Notes under the pieces: model-generated
The model's input: the letters and a program-made list of their open reading frames with translations, nothing else
What the model was told of the DNA's origin: nothing
The model's database searches: none
Shown here: one piece after another, positions 56,160-64,000 of the stretch
How the letters are laid out: each line of letters begins with the position of its first letter
Position numbering within the stretch: position 1 is the first letter of the stretch
Made by a program: the position numbers and the translations under genes
Assembly (NCBI GenBank): GCA_028279765.1
Contig: JANQND010000007.1
Coordinates: forward strand, 5,851-69,850
Direction of reading: 5' to 3'
Source: Candidatus Nanoarchaeia archaeon
GTDB taxonomy: Archaea; Nanobdellota; Nanobdellia; Woesearchaeales; WJIZ01
DNA: 64,000 bases

Positions 56160-57063
56160 TATTATTGGTGCAGGAGCTATCGGAGGTTTGCTTGGAGCAA
56201 AGCTGCAAAAAGCAAATTACGAAGTAACGCTGATAGCAAAAGAAGATCAGGCCAGGGTAATCAGTAACCAAGGCATTATCCTCGAAGGAGAGGGGAAAGA
56301 GACCATCAAAGTCAAAGTTAGGACAGAAGAAGAAACCGGAGACGAAAGAGCAGATCTTGTGATCTTGGCAACAAAAGCATATGACACGCAGAAAGCAGCA
56401 AGCCTTTGCAGGGAACTCGTATCAAATAATGGATTGGTTCTCTCCATTCAAAACGGCCTGGGGAATGAAGAGATTTTAGCAGAGTCAATCGATAAGGAAA
56501 AAATAATTGGAGCGGTTACCCATTGCGGTGCAAGTACCTTAGGGGGAGGGAAAATCAAAGTAAACGGAATCGGCGAAACAATAATCGGGTATTACTATGA
56601 TGAGAATCAGGATAGCAGTAAAATAAAGAAGATTCAGCAGGTGTTATCAGGTTCAGGCTTGCCTTGCAGGGTATCTGAAGACATAAAGCAAGATATATAC
56701 GAGAAGTTCATTATTAATACCGGTATAAACGCGCTCGGGGCTATAGCGCAGGTAAAGAATGGGATGCTCATAAGCAACACCTATTTGCAATCAACGATGG
56801 AAAACATCATCAAAGAAGCTAGGGAAGTAGCAAAAGCAGAAAACATCCCAATCCCTGAAAACATTATCCACAAAACAAGAGAAATTTGTGACAAAACAAA
56901 AAACAATACTAATTCCCTCTATCAGGACGTTCTCAAAAAGAAGAAAACAGAAATCGATTTTTTCAATGGTATGGTCGTTAAGAAAGCAAAAGATCACCAC
57001 ATCTCCGTGCCGTACAATCAAATCATGACAAATTTAATAAAAGCAAAAGAGGACCGATACTAG
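56149..57063 (+). CDS. Ketopantoate reductase (PanE/ApbA) family oxidoreductase
   Basis: MKISIIGAGAIGGLLGAKL Rossmann N-terminus and a family-like C-terminal domain. Confidence 0.75.
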   Translation: MKISIIGAGAIGGLLGAKLQKANYEVTLIAKEDQARVISNQGIILEGEGKETIKVKVRTEEETGDERADLVILATKAYDTQKAASLCRELVSNNGLVLSIQNGLGNEEILAESIDKEKIIGAVTHCGASTLGGGKIKVNGIGETIIGYYYDENQDSSKIKKIQQVLSGSGLPCRVSEDIKQDIYEKFIINTGINALGAIAQVKNGMLISNTYLQSTMENIIKEAREVAKAENIPIPENIIHKTREICDKTKNNTNSLYQDVLKKKKTEIDFFNGMVVKKAKDHHISVPYNQIMTNLIKAKEDRY

Positions 57064-57064
57064 G

Positions 57065-57952
57065 ATGAAATGCATAGTTACCGGAGGAGCAGGATTTATT
57101 GGGTCTAACCTGGCCCTCCATCTGGAAAATGAAGGGCACGAAGTTATTGTGATAGATAACTTTAGTTCAGCAAGCAGAAATAACCTCAAGGGATTCAAGG
57201 GAAGGATTGTAGAGCAAGATGTGTCAGAGCTTTCCGAGTTCAATGAAAAAGTAGAGGTAATTTTTCATCAGGCAGCAATTACTGACCCCAGATACCCCGA
57301 TGACGAAGAAACAATACATCAAAATGTGAAAGGATTCAAAAACATCATTAAGCTGGCAAAAAAAAATAATGCAAGATTAATCTATGCTTCATCTGCAAGC
57401 ATGTATGGTAATGGGCCTTCTCCTCAAAAAGAGAATCAGGAAAAAGACATTCTTAGTGCGTATGCGAAATCAAAGCTGATGATGGATGAAATTACCGAGA
57501 GGGAAATGAGCGCGATGCACATAGTAGGCCTAAGATACTTCAATGTTTTCGGTCCTCATGAAGCCCACAAAGGAAGGCCCGCATCTATGATCTATCATCT
57601 TGCGAAGCAGATTAAAGCGGGGAAAAACCCAAAAATCTTCAGGATGGGTGAGCAAAGGCGCGATCATATCCATGTGAAAGACTGTGTTGAAGCAAACATA
57701 AAGGCACTGAGCGGAAGACCAGGAATCTATAATATAGGAACAGGAGTAGCAACTAGCTTCAACCAGGTAGTCCAATACATCAATGAAGGGCTGGGGACAA
57801 ATCTGGAGCCGGAATATATAGACAATCCATATGAAGGAACCTATCAAAATCATACTCAGGCAGATATTACCAAAGCAAAGCAAGGATTGGATTTTAGCTC
57901 GCAATACCCGATAAAGGATGCAATTGCTGAATATGTAAAGAAAATAGAGTAA
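57065..57952 (+). CDS. hldD: NAD-dependent epimerase, probable ADP-L-glycero-D-manno-heptose 6-epimerase
   Basis: IVTGGAGFIGSNL and YASSASMYG motifs. The specific assignment rests on its position within the heptose gene cluster. Confidence 0.7.
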   Translation: MKCIVTGGAGFIGSNLALHLENEGHEVIVIDNFSSASRNNLKGFKGRIVEQDVSELSEFNEKVEVIFHQAAITDPRYPDDEETIHQNVKGFKNIIKLAKKNNARLIYASSASMYGNGPSPQKENQEKDILSAYAKSKLMMDEITEREMSAMHIVGLRYFNVFGPHEAHKGRPASMIYHLAKQIKAGKNPKIFRMGEQRRDHIHVKDCVEANIKALSGRPGIYNIGTGVATSFNQVVQYINEGLGTNLEPEYIDNPYEGTYQNHTQADITKAKQGLDFSSQYPIKDAIAEYVKKIE

Positions 57953-57956
57953 TACC

Positions 57957-58940
57957 ATGAAAGAAATTAATCCAACTGATCTGAAAAAGATCACAAAAAA
58001 ATTTCAAAGCAAAAGAATAGTAGTCCTGGGAGATCTTATGCTCGACAAATATATTTTTGGAGAAGTAAGAAGGATATCTCCGGAAGCGCCCATTCCAATT
58101 GTTAAAGTCCAAAAAGAGCGGTTTGTTCCGGGAGGAGCAGCCAATGCTGCTAATAATATTTCATCGCTAAGTGCAAACGTGTATCTCTTTGGTGTTCTGG
58201 GCAATGATCTGGCAAAAGATATCCTTATTGATGTAGCAAAAACACATTCTATTAACACAGAAGGAGTGATCATTGACGGAAAAAAACAAACCATCCAGAA
58301 AATCAGGGTGCTCGGGCAAAACCAGCAGCTTCTTCGTGTTGATTATGAAGATCAGGAATATTTAGGGTCTGATGAGCATAGCACCATACTGGAAAGGTTG
58401 CGGGGAATGGGACAGATTGACAGCATCATTGTCTCAGATTATGCTAAAGGAACCATTACCAAAAAGTTGATGGGAGAGTTAACTACGTTTGCAAAAGAAA
58501 ACAATATCCTGCTTATCATCGACCCTAAGCCCAAGCACAAGAAGTATTACAAAGGAGTATCGCTGATCACCCCAAACAAAAAAGAAGCAGAGGAACTCAC
58601 AGGAATGGAGTTAAAAACTACTGAAGATATTGAAAAAGCAGGACTTCAACTCATTAAAGAGCTGGAATGCAGCGTTCTTATTACAACCGGGAATAAAGGA
58701 ATGTCTCTGTTTGAAAAAAACAAGAATCCTGTTCATATTCCGACAGTCGCACGGGAAGTGTTCGACGTATCCGGAGCAGGTGATACTGTCATTGCTACCC
58801 TGAGTCTTGCATTATCCAGTGGTGCAAGTCTGCATGAGGCAGCGGTGCTTGCAAATTATGCTGCAGGAGTGAAGGTAGGAAAAGTAGGAACCGCACCGGT
58901 ATCTCTCTCTGAACTTGAACAAAGCCTGCAGTCAAAATGA
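57957..58940 (+). CDS. hldA: D-glycero-beta-D-manno-heptose-7-phosphate kinase (RfaE domain I type)
   Basis: RIVVLGDLMLDKYIFGEVRRISPEAPIPIV and DVSGAGDTVIA motifs. Confidence 0.85.
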   Translation: MKEINPTDLKKITKKFQSKRIVVLGDLMLDKYIFGEVRRISPEAPIPIVKVQKERFVPGGAANAANNISSLSANVYLFGVLGNDLAKDILIDVAKTHSINTEGVIIDGKKQTIQKIRVLGQNQQLLRVDYEDQEYLGSDEHSTILERLRGMGQIDSIIVSDYAKGTITKKLMGELTTFAKENNILLIIDPKPKHKKYYKGVSLITPNKKEAEELTGMELKTTEDIEKAGLQLIKELECSVLITTGNKGMSLFEKNKNPVHIPTVAREVFDVSGAGDTVIATLSLALSSGASLHEAAVLANYAAGVKVGKVGTAPVSLSELEQSLQSK

Positions 58941-59950
58941 ACAGCAAAGCTATTTTTCTGGATAGGGATGGTACACTGGTAAAAGATCATGGGTATGTGC
59001 ACAAGAGGGAAGATTTTGCGTTGCTGAACAACGTTATAGAGGGACTGCAGCTTCTTCATGAATACAGGCTTTTCATTGTAACGAACCAATCAGGCATTAG
59101 CAGGGGGAAATTCACTCAGAAAGACATGCAGGAATTTAACGATCATCTTGTGGAGGAGTTAAAGGAGCACCACATACATATAGAAGAAGTCTACTTTTGT
59201 CCTCATTCTCCTCAGGAAGGTTGTCAGTGCAGAAAACCAAGCACAGGGATGATCAGGCAGGCATCAGAGAAATTCGATATTGATCTGAAAAACTCGTATG
59301 TTATAGGGGACCACGCTACTGATATAGAATTAGCAAAAAATGCAGGATGTCATGGGATTCTCGTGCTTACAGGACAGGGCAGCAGGTATATTGAACAGGC
59401 AAAAAATAAGAGCCCCTATTACATTGCTGCAGATGTAGAGCAGGCAGCGAGGATCATATCATTCAGCCAGGGTCAAAAAATCATAACAAGAGAAACTCTC
59501 TCACAAACAGTCGAAAATATCAGAAAGCAGAACAAAACCATAGTCACTCTAAACGGAACCTTCGATATTCTTCATGAAGGGCATGCAAAAATACTCAAAG
59601 AGTCAAAAGTTCAGGGAGACGTGCTCATAGTAGGGGTAAACGCTGACTCCTCAGTAAAAGAAAATAAAGGAGAGTCACGCCCGTTCAATAATGAGCAGCA
59701 AAGGGCAAAAATGCTCGCTACCTTCAAAGAAGTGGACTATGTGGTCGTATTCAAAGAGAAAACACCTATTCCACTCTTAGAGATCATCAAGCCAAACGTG
59801 CATGTCAACGGGTCAGAATACAGTGAAGACTGTATTGAGGCACCAACCGTGACAAAGAACGGGGGGAGAATTCATGTCGTAGAACTTCTACAAGGATTCT
59901 CTACCACGAATCTCGTTGAACGAGGAAGGAAAGAGATTTCTAACCAATAA
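58937..59950 (+). CDS. Fusion of heptose-1,7-bisphosphate phosphatase (GmhB-like) and heptose-1-phosphate adenylyltransferase (RfaE domain II type)
   Basis: N-terminal half: AIFLDRDGTL and CPHSPQEGCQCRKP. C-terminal half: LNGTFDILHEGHAKIL and VGVNADSSV. Confidence 0.85.
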   Translation: MNSKAIFLDRDGTLVKDHGYVHKREDFALLNNVIEGLQLLHEYRLFIVTNQSGISRGKFTQKDMQEFNDHLVEELKEHHIHIEEVYFCPHSPQEGCQCRKPSTGMIRQASEKFDIDLKNSYVIGDHATDIELAKNAGCHGILVLTGQGSRYIEQAKNKSPYYIAADVEQAARIISFSQGQKIITRETLSQTVENIRKQNKTIVTLNGTFDILHEGHAKILKESKVQGDVLIVGVNADSSVKENKGESRPFNNEQQRAKMLATFKEVDYVVVFKEKTPIPLLEIIKPNVHVNGSEYSEDCIEAPTVTKNGGRIHVVELLQGFSTTNLVERGRKEISNQ

Positions 59951-59984
59951 GTAGCTAAGATAGCAGATCGCTTAAATTCTAAAG

Positions 59985-61100
59985 TTACACTTCCTTCGCA
60001 CAAAACTCCTTGATGCAAGAAACAACCTCTTTAATCTGCTCTTCGGTTATTTCCGGGAACAGGGGAAGGGAAAGAATCGTATCAGCATATGCTTCTGTTA
60101 TCGGAAAGCTACCTTTATGGTAATCAAGGTCAACATATGCTTCCTGCAAATGAATAGGAACCGGATAATGGATTCCTGCATAGACTTCTTTTTCATGCAA
60201 GTAAGTAAGCAGCTTATCCCGCTCAGGGTGACGGATAACATACAAATGGAATACGTGCTCAGCACCCTCCCTAGTATGAGGGGTTTCAATCTGAGGAATA
60301 TCAGAAAGCAGTTCAGTATACAATGCTGCTGCCTTCCTTCGTGACTCATTCCAGTCAGCCAAATGATCTAGTTTCACATTCAGAATAGCTGCCTGCAAAG
60401 CATCGAGGCGATTATTCATGCCCTTAGAAGAATGATAATACTTCTTTTTCTGCCCGTATTCTCTGAGCATGCGAAGCTTTTCTGCAATGTGCTCATCATT
60501 AGTCGTGATAGCCCCTCCGTCTCCGTATCCTCCGAGGTTCTTTCCGGGGTAGAAGCTAAAGCAGCCAATATCTCCAAAGCTTCCTGCAGAAATTCCGTCA
60601 AGAGAAGCCCCGTGAGCCTGGCAGGCATCCTCAATAATGTATAGTCCGTGCTCAGTAGCAATTTCCTTGATTTCTTTCATGCGTGCTGGTTGTCCATACA
60701 GGTGAACAGGGATGATTGCCTTTGTTTTGTCTGTTATGGCCTTTTTTATTCCTTCTACATCTATAGTATAATCTTCTTTGTCACAGTCAACAAGCACCGG
60801 TGTTGCACCGACATAAGAAATCGCAAGTGACGTTGCTATAAAAGTATTGGCTACCGTAATTACTTCGTCTCCCGGGCCAATCTCCAGAACGCGCAAGGCA
60901 AGCTGCAGGGCATCTGTTCCTGAACTAACCCCTATGCAGTGCTTGGATTGAGTAAACTCAGCAAATTTCTTCTCAAAAAGAGAAACTTCATCACCCAGAA
61001 TAAACGCAGTATTTTCCATAACACTCTGCATACGCTGATTGATATCCTCTTTCAGGTTTTGATACTGTGTTTTCAGATCGACAAATGGGATAGACATCAT
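59985..61100 (-). CDS. DegT/DnrJ/EryC1/StrS-family sugar aminotransferase
   Basis: IPFVDLKTQY N-terminus and a FSFYPGKNLG Lys motif region. Confidence 0.9.
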   Translation of the reverse strand: MMSIPFVDLKTQYQNLKEDINQRMQSVMENTAFILGDEVSLFEKKFAEFTQSKHCIGVSSGTDALQLALRVLEIGPGDEVITVANTFIATSLAISYVGATPVLVDCDKEDYTIDVEGIKKAITDKTKAIIPVHLYGQPARMKEIKEIATEHGLYIIEDACQAHGASLDGISAGSFGDIGCFSFYPGKNLGGYGDGGAITTNDEHIAEKLRMLREYGQKKKYYHSSKGMNNRLDALQAAILNVKLDHLADWNESRRKAAALYTELLSDIPQIETPHTREGAEHVFHLYVIRHPERDKLLTYLHEKEVYAGIHYPVPIHLQEAYVDLDYHKGSFPITEAYADTILSLPLFPEITEEQIKEVVSCIKEFCAKEV

Positions 61101-61134
61101 TTCACCTTTTCAATTCAATAAATTTCAATAATCA

Positions 61135-62001
61135 TCATCTGTTTTTATTCTTTTCTACTTCTTTCATGAGCAGAGTTCCGGAATTCATCGTAACAATGAA
61201 GCCGCTCTTCGTTTTCTCAAGAGAACCATTTTTCCCCTGGCCTGCAACAAGGGAAACAGAACAAATCTCTACTTCTTTTCCTTCATATTCAATAACCGGA
61301 AATTGGAAAGGTGGAAAAATAAGCGCATTTGCTCTGCGAAGAACTGATTGAGCATCGCTGCTCAAATCTAATTTCTTGTTCTTAAAATCAAAGGAATGGA
61401 TAGGATAATAGCTCGATTCGGCATCATTTTGTTTTATCCGGTTATTAGTACCCTCAAGAATAAGGCCAAGCTCACTCATGAAGAGCTTATGCCCCTGCTC
61501 TGTGCATTCGTCAAAGAGCTCGCGAGCGGTTTTATCCTGCGCAGAAAAAGCCCGCTGAGCAATGAGATCACCAGTATCAACTCCCTCATCAATATAGTGC
61601 AAAGTAACCCCTATTTCTTTTTCGCCGTTTTGTACTGCCCAGGCAATAGGATAGCAGCCACGATAGCGAGGCAGTTTTGCAAAGTGCAGATTAATCACTC
61701 CCATTTTTGGGATTTCAATAAGTTCTTTCTTAAGAATTCTTCTGCACTGCATTGAAAAAATAATATCAATATCTTTCCTGCGCAGCTCAGATAAAAATTC
61801 AGGGTCAGAGAGGTTTTTCTGCTCAATGAGGGGGAGGCCAAGCTCCTTTGTTTTTTTCTTCAAAGACAACTGCCAGGTATCCTGGCTGGTGTCAGAGGGT
61901 TCAGGAACAACTCCTACAATCGCTACATCCTGTTTCGAAAGATATTCCAGGCAATAACAGGCAATAGTGTTATTTCCTATAACAAGGACACGCTTTTTCA
62001 T
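61135..62001 (-). CDS. Formyltransferase (sugar N-formyltransferase/Fmt-like)
   Basis: INLHFAKLPRYRGCYPIAWAV...GVTLHYIDEGVDTGDLI catalytic segment. Confidence 0.85.
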   Translation of the reverse strand: MKKRVLVIGNNTIACYCLEYLSKQDVAIVGVVPEPSDTSQDTWQLSLKKKTKELGLPLIEQKNLSDPEFLSELRRKDIDIIFSMQCRRILKKELIEIPKMGVINLHFAKLPRYRGCYPIAWAVQNGEKEIGVTLHYIDEGVDTGDLIAQRAFSAQDKTARELFDECTEQGHKLFMSELGLILEGTNNRIKQNDAESSYYPIHSFDFKNKKLDLSSDAQSVLRRANALIFPPFQFPVIEYEGKEVEICSVSLVAGQGKNGSLEKTKSGFIVTMNSGTLLMKEVEKNKNR

Positions 62002-62002
62002 A

Positions 62003-62716
62003 TTATTTTCGAATCCCTAAAAGGCAGTAGATCATCGGCTTAGAGATACTCCACCATCCCTTAAACGGGGCCATCTTCGAATAGCTTTTTCCCTCGGGCC
62101 AGTATTTTGGAACGCCTACTTCTTTTACTTTGTAGCCCCTGCGAATAACCTCAAGCAGAAAATAGGGCTCCATCTCATATTCGTTAAGCCATTTCTTATG
62201 AAGATTAATTTTTTTGAGAAGGTGTGGCTTAAACGCACGAAAGCCGTTGCTTGCATCGGTAATCCATTTCCCGGCAGGTATGGAAAAAAAAACAGAAAAC
62301 AGCCGGGTAGTCACGTGACGAAATTTAGGCAGGTCTAGTTTTTTCTCATAAAGGTAGCGGGAGCCTTGAATATAATCATATCCGTCGTTAAGAATAGGTT
62401 CGATCGCCCGCTTAATAAACGCAGGGTCATCCTGATCATCACCGGCAAGCTCGGCAATGATGTCATATCCTTTCTCAAGGCCATAATAATATCCAGTGCG
62501 GTATGCAGCACCTGCGCCCATATTTTTCTCATGGCTAAGAACAGTCGCACCTGCAGCCTTAGCTTCCTTCACGGTGTTATCTGAGCTGCAGTCGTTCACG
62601 ACAACAACCTCATCAACAAACGGGGCTCGCTTCTTTGTTTTTGTAACGACGTTGCCTATCTTCCCTTCCTCGTTGTATGCTGCTGCGACAACAATTACTT
62701 TCTTTTCATCAATCAA
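62003..62716 (-). CDS. GT2 polyprenyl-phosphate glycosyltransferase (ArnC/DPM1-like)
   Basis: VVVAAAYNEEGKI, VVNDCSSDNT and AGDDQDDP motifs. Confidence 0.85.
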   Translation of the reverse strand: MIDEKKVIVVAAAYNEEGKIGNVVTKTKKRAPFVDEVVVVNDCSSDNTVKEAKAAGATVLSHEKNMGAGAAYRTGYYYGLEKGYDIIAELAGDDQDDPAFIKRAIEPILNDGYDYIQGSRYLYEKKLDLPKFRHVTTRLFSVFFSIPAGKWITDASNGFRAFKPHLLKKINLHKKWLNEYEMEPYFLLEVIRRGYKVKEVGVPKYWPEGKSYSKMAPFKGWWSISKPMIYCLLGIRK

Positions 62717-63711
62717 GAGAAATCAACCTGTATTGTTTTTTTTTCTTTGAGAGAAGTATGGCATGCCTCAACAATTTTAATAACATCAATAGCATTCTGG
62801 GCATCACTAATAGGTTTTTTACTCTTTTCCACGCATTCCAGGAAATGATGGATTTCTTCCTTGAGAGGTTCTTTGTTATGAATAAAAGGACTATAGTCAT
62901 CTCCCTCTTGTTTTACAAGGCTGAATTCGCCAAAAGAATCATATTGAGGAACAATTCCTTTATTATAGATAGTCAGCTCCTGGGTCATATAATCCATGCT
63001 TGCACTCTTCTCTTCGCCAATGATCCAAAGTTCCCTCACCTTTTTGGGAGTAAGCCAGCTTACCCCAACGTTCGCTTTGATATTTTTTGAGAAGCTCAGG
63101 GTAATAAAACCAACATCTTCGAATTGGTTCTTATTATAGAAACTGCCGGTGCAGGTTACTTCTGTTGGCAACTCATTGAGAAGATAGCAAAACGTATCTA
63201 TGTCATGCACCGCAAAGTCATAGATAACCCCGCAGTCCTGCCTAGGAGTCATGAGTCCCATTCGGGAACCATACATAAATCGTATTTTTCCGAAAGTTCC
63301 TTTCTTGATTTCTTCTTTAAGCTTATGCACACCTGGATGATAACGGAAGATGTGGCCCACCATAAGAACCAGGTTCTTCTGGCCTGCAAGGTTCTGTAAT
63401 TCAATTGCCTGTTCCGAGTCCGTGGTCATTGGTTTCTCAACGAGAACGTGCTTGCCTGAAAGAAGAGCTTCCTTTATTATGGAGTAATGCTGCGAAGAAG
63501 GAACGCAGATAGAAACGGCATCTATCGAAGAGTCCTGCAGTATTTCTGTATGATCCTGTGTAGTGGGAATCTTAAAGGTATTGTGAAGATATTCTAAATT
63601 AGTACCTTTAGCATCACATATTTTCACCAAGTCCGCACTGCCTGATTCCGTAAGTACACGTACATGATTTTTCCCCCATGTGCCCGTACCAATAACCGCT
63701 ATTTTTAACAT
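62713..63711 (-). CDS. Gfo/Idh/MocA-family oxidoreductase (sugar-nucleotide dehydrogenase-like)
   Basis: MLKIAVIGTGTWGKNH N-terminus and an EKPM segment. Confidence 0.85.
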   Translation of the reverse strand: MLKIAVIGTGTWGKNHVRVLTESGSADLVKICDAKGTNLEYLHNTFKIPTTQDHTEILQDSSIDAVSICVPSSQHYSIIKEALLSGKHVLVEKPMTTDSEQAIELQNLAGQKNLVLMVGHIFRYHPGVHKLKEEIKKGTFGKIRFMYGSRMGLMTPRQDCGVIYDFAVHDIDTFCYLLNELPTEVTCTGSFYNKNQFEDVGFITLSFSKNIKANVGVSWLTPKKVRELWIIGEEKSASMDYMTQELTIYNKGIVPQYDSFGEFSLVKQEGDDYSPFIHNKEPLKEEIHHFLECVEKSKKPISDAQNAIDVIKIVEACHTSLKEKKTIQVDFS

Positions 63712-63830
63712 GAAAACACTCCTAAGCTGTTTTGAGGATATTTATATAAGTTTCGCAAGGTCCTGTAAATACAAAAAAAGGGATAAAAAAGAGATGTACA
63801 GCAGAAGCAACTAGCAGAGTACTTTCCGGT

Positions 63831-64000
63831 TTAGGCAAGCGCTTCACAGGTAGTAAGTCCATTGAAGGTTTCCCTGCTGCCTTCTAGCAAAACATACCTT
63901 CCATTTTCAAAAAGAGGGAAAACCCCCGGAGTTGATCGCATACATTCAGTTGATGAGGACTCCTTATCAAAAAGATAAAAAAACTGTCCGGATTCCTCTA
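63831..64000 (-). CDS. C-terminal fragment of an unidentified protein (runs off the right edge)
   Basis: Open minus-strand frame ending at TAA (63831-63833). It translates to ...QFFYLFDKESSSTECMRSTPGVFPLFENGRYVLLEGSRETFNGLTTCEALA. Confidence 0.3.
   Translation of the reverse strand, partial: EESGQFFYLFDKESSSTECMRSTPGVFPLFENGRYVLLEGSRETFNGLTTCEALA

Overview
AT-rich archaeal chromosomal segment; a small-genome DPANN-type lineage is my inference. Archaeal origin is supported by an STT3/AglB with a WWDFG motif, FlaI/FlaJ-type pilus machinery, and pilins with EppA-type class III signal peptides (K/R-x-Q-x-x-M/I-E-F). It is also supported by an intron-containing tRNA-Trp, AAACCTTTWWAA-type BRE/TATA boxes about 25 nt upstream of start codons, and oligo-T terminators. 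Gene order, left to right: PfkB kinase, NurA-like protein, nadC-nadB, an anomalous island (about 5.2-11.1 kb), topA, an extracytoplasmic ATPase-less Lon-like peptidase, a secreted phospholipase D and an orphan pilin-like protein. Next come a PfkB kinase, a Cys-rich membrane protein, a YggS-like protein, Lrp/AsnC and AhcY. A 13-kb type IV pilus-like locus follows (five prepilin-like genes including a 1254-aa vWA protein, a coiled-coil wHTH protein, a FlaI-like ATPase and two FlaJ/TadC-like genes). After it lie a Memo-like protein, a 909-aa sequon-rich surface protein, a sugar nucleotidyltransferase, tRNA-Trp and three more anchored surface proteins, one a 1148-aa Cys-rich modular protein. The window ends with a 14-kb glycosylation cluster: AglB, GT2, GT9, a complete ADP-heptose pathway, and a DegT/formyltransferase/GT2/oxidoreductase module. 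The most unusual part is the island between nadB and topA. It holds only two ORFs, both with bacterial-style Shine-Dalgarno sites and exclusively CGN arginine codons, embedded in more than 4 kb of ORF-free sequence. That sequence resolves into dozens of unrelated, serially arranged stem-loops, a candidate very large structured RNA or set of RNAs that I cannot assign to any known family. All product calls rest on motif recognition by eye; no database search was run.
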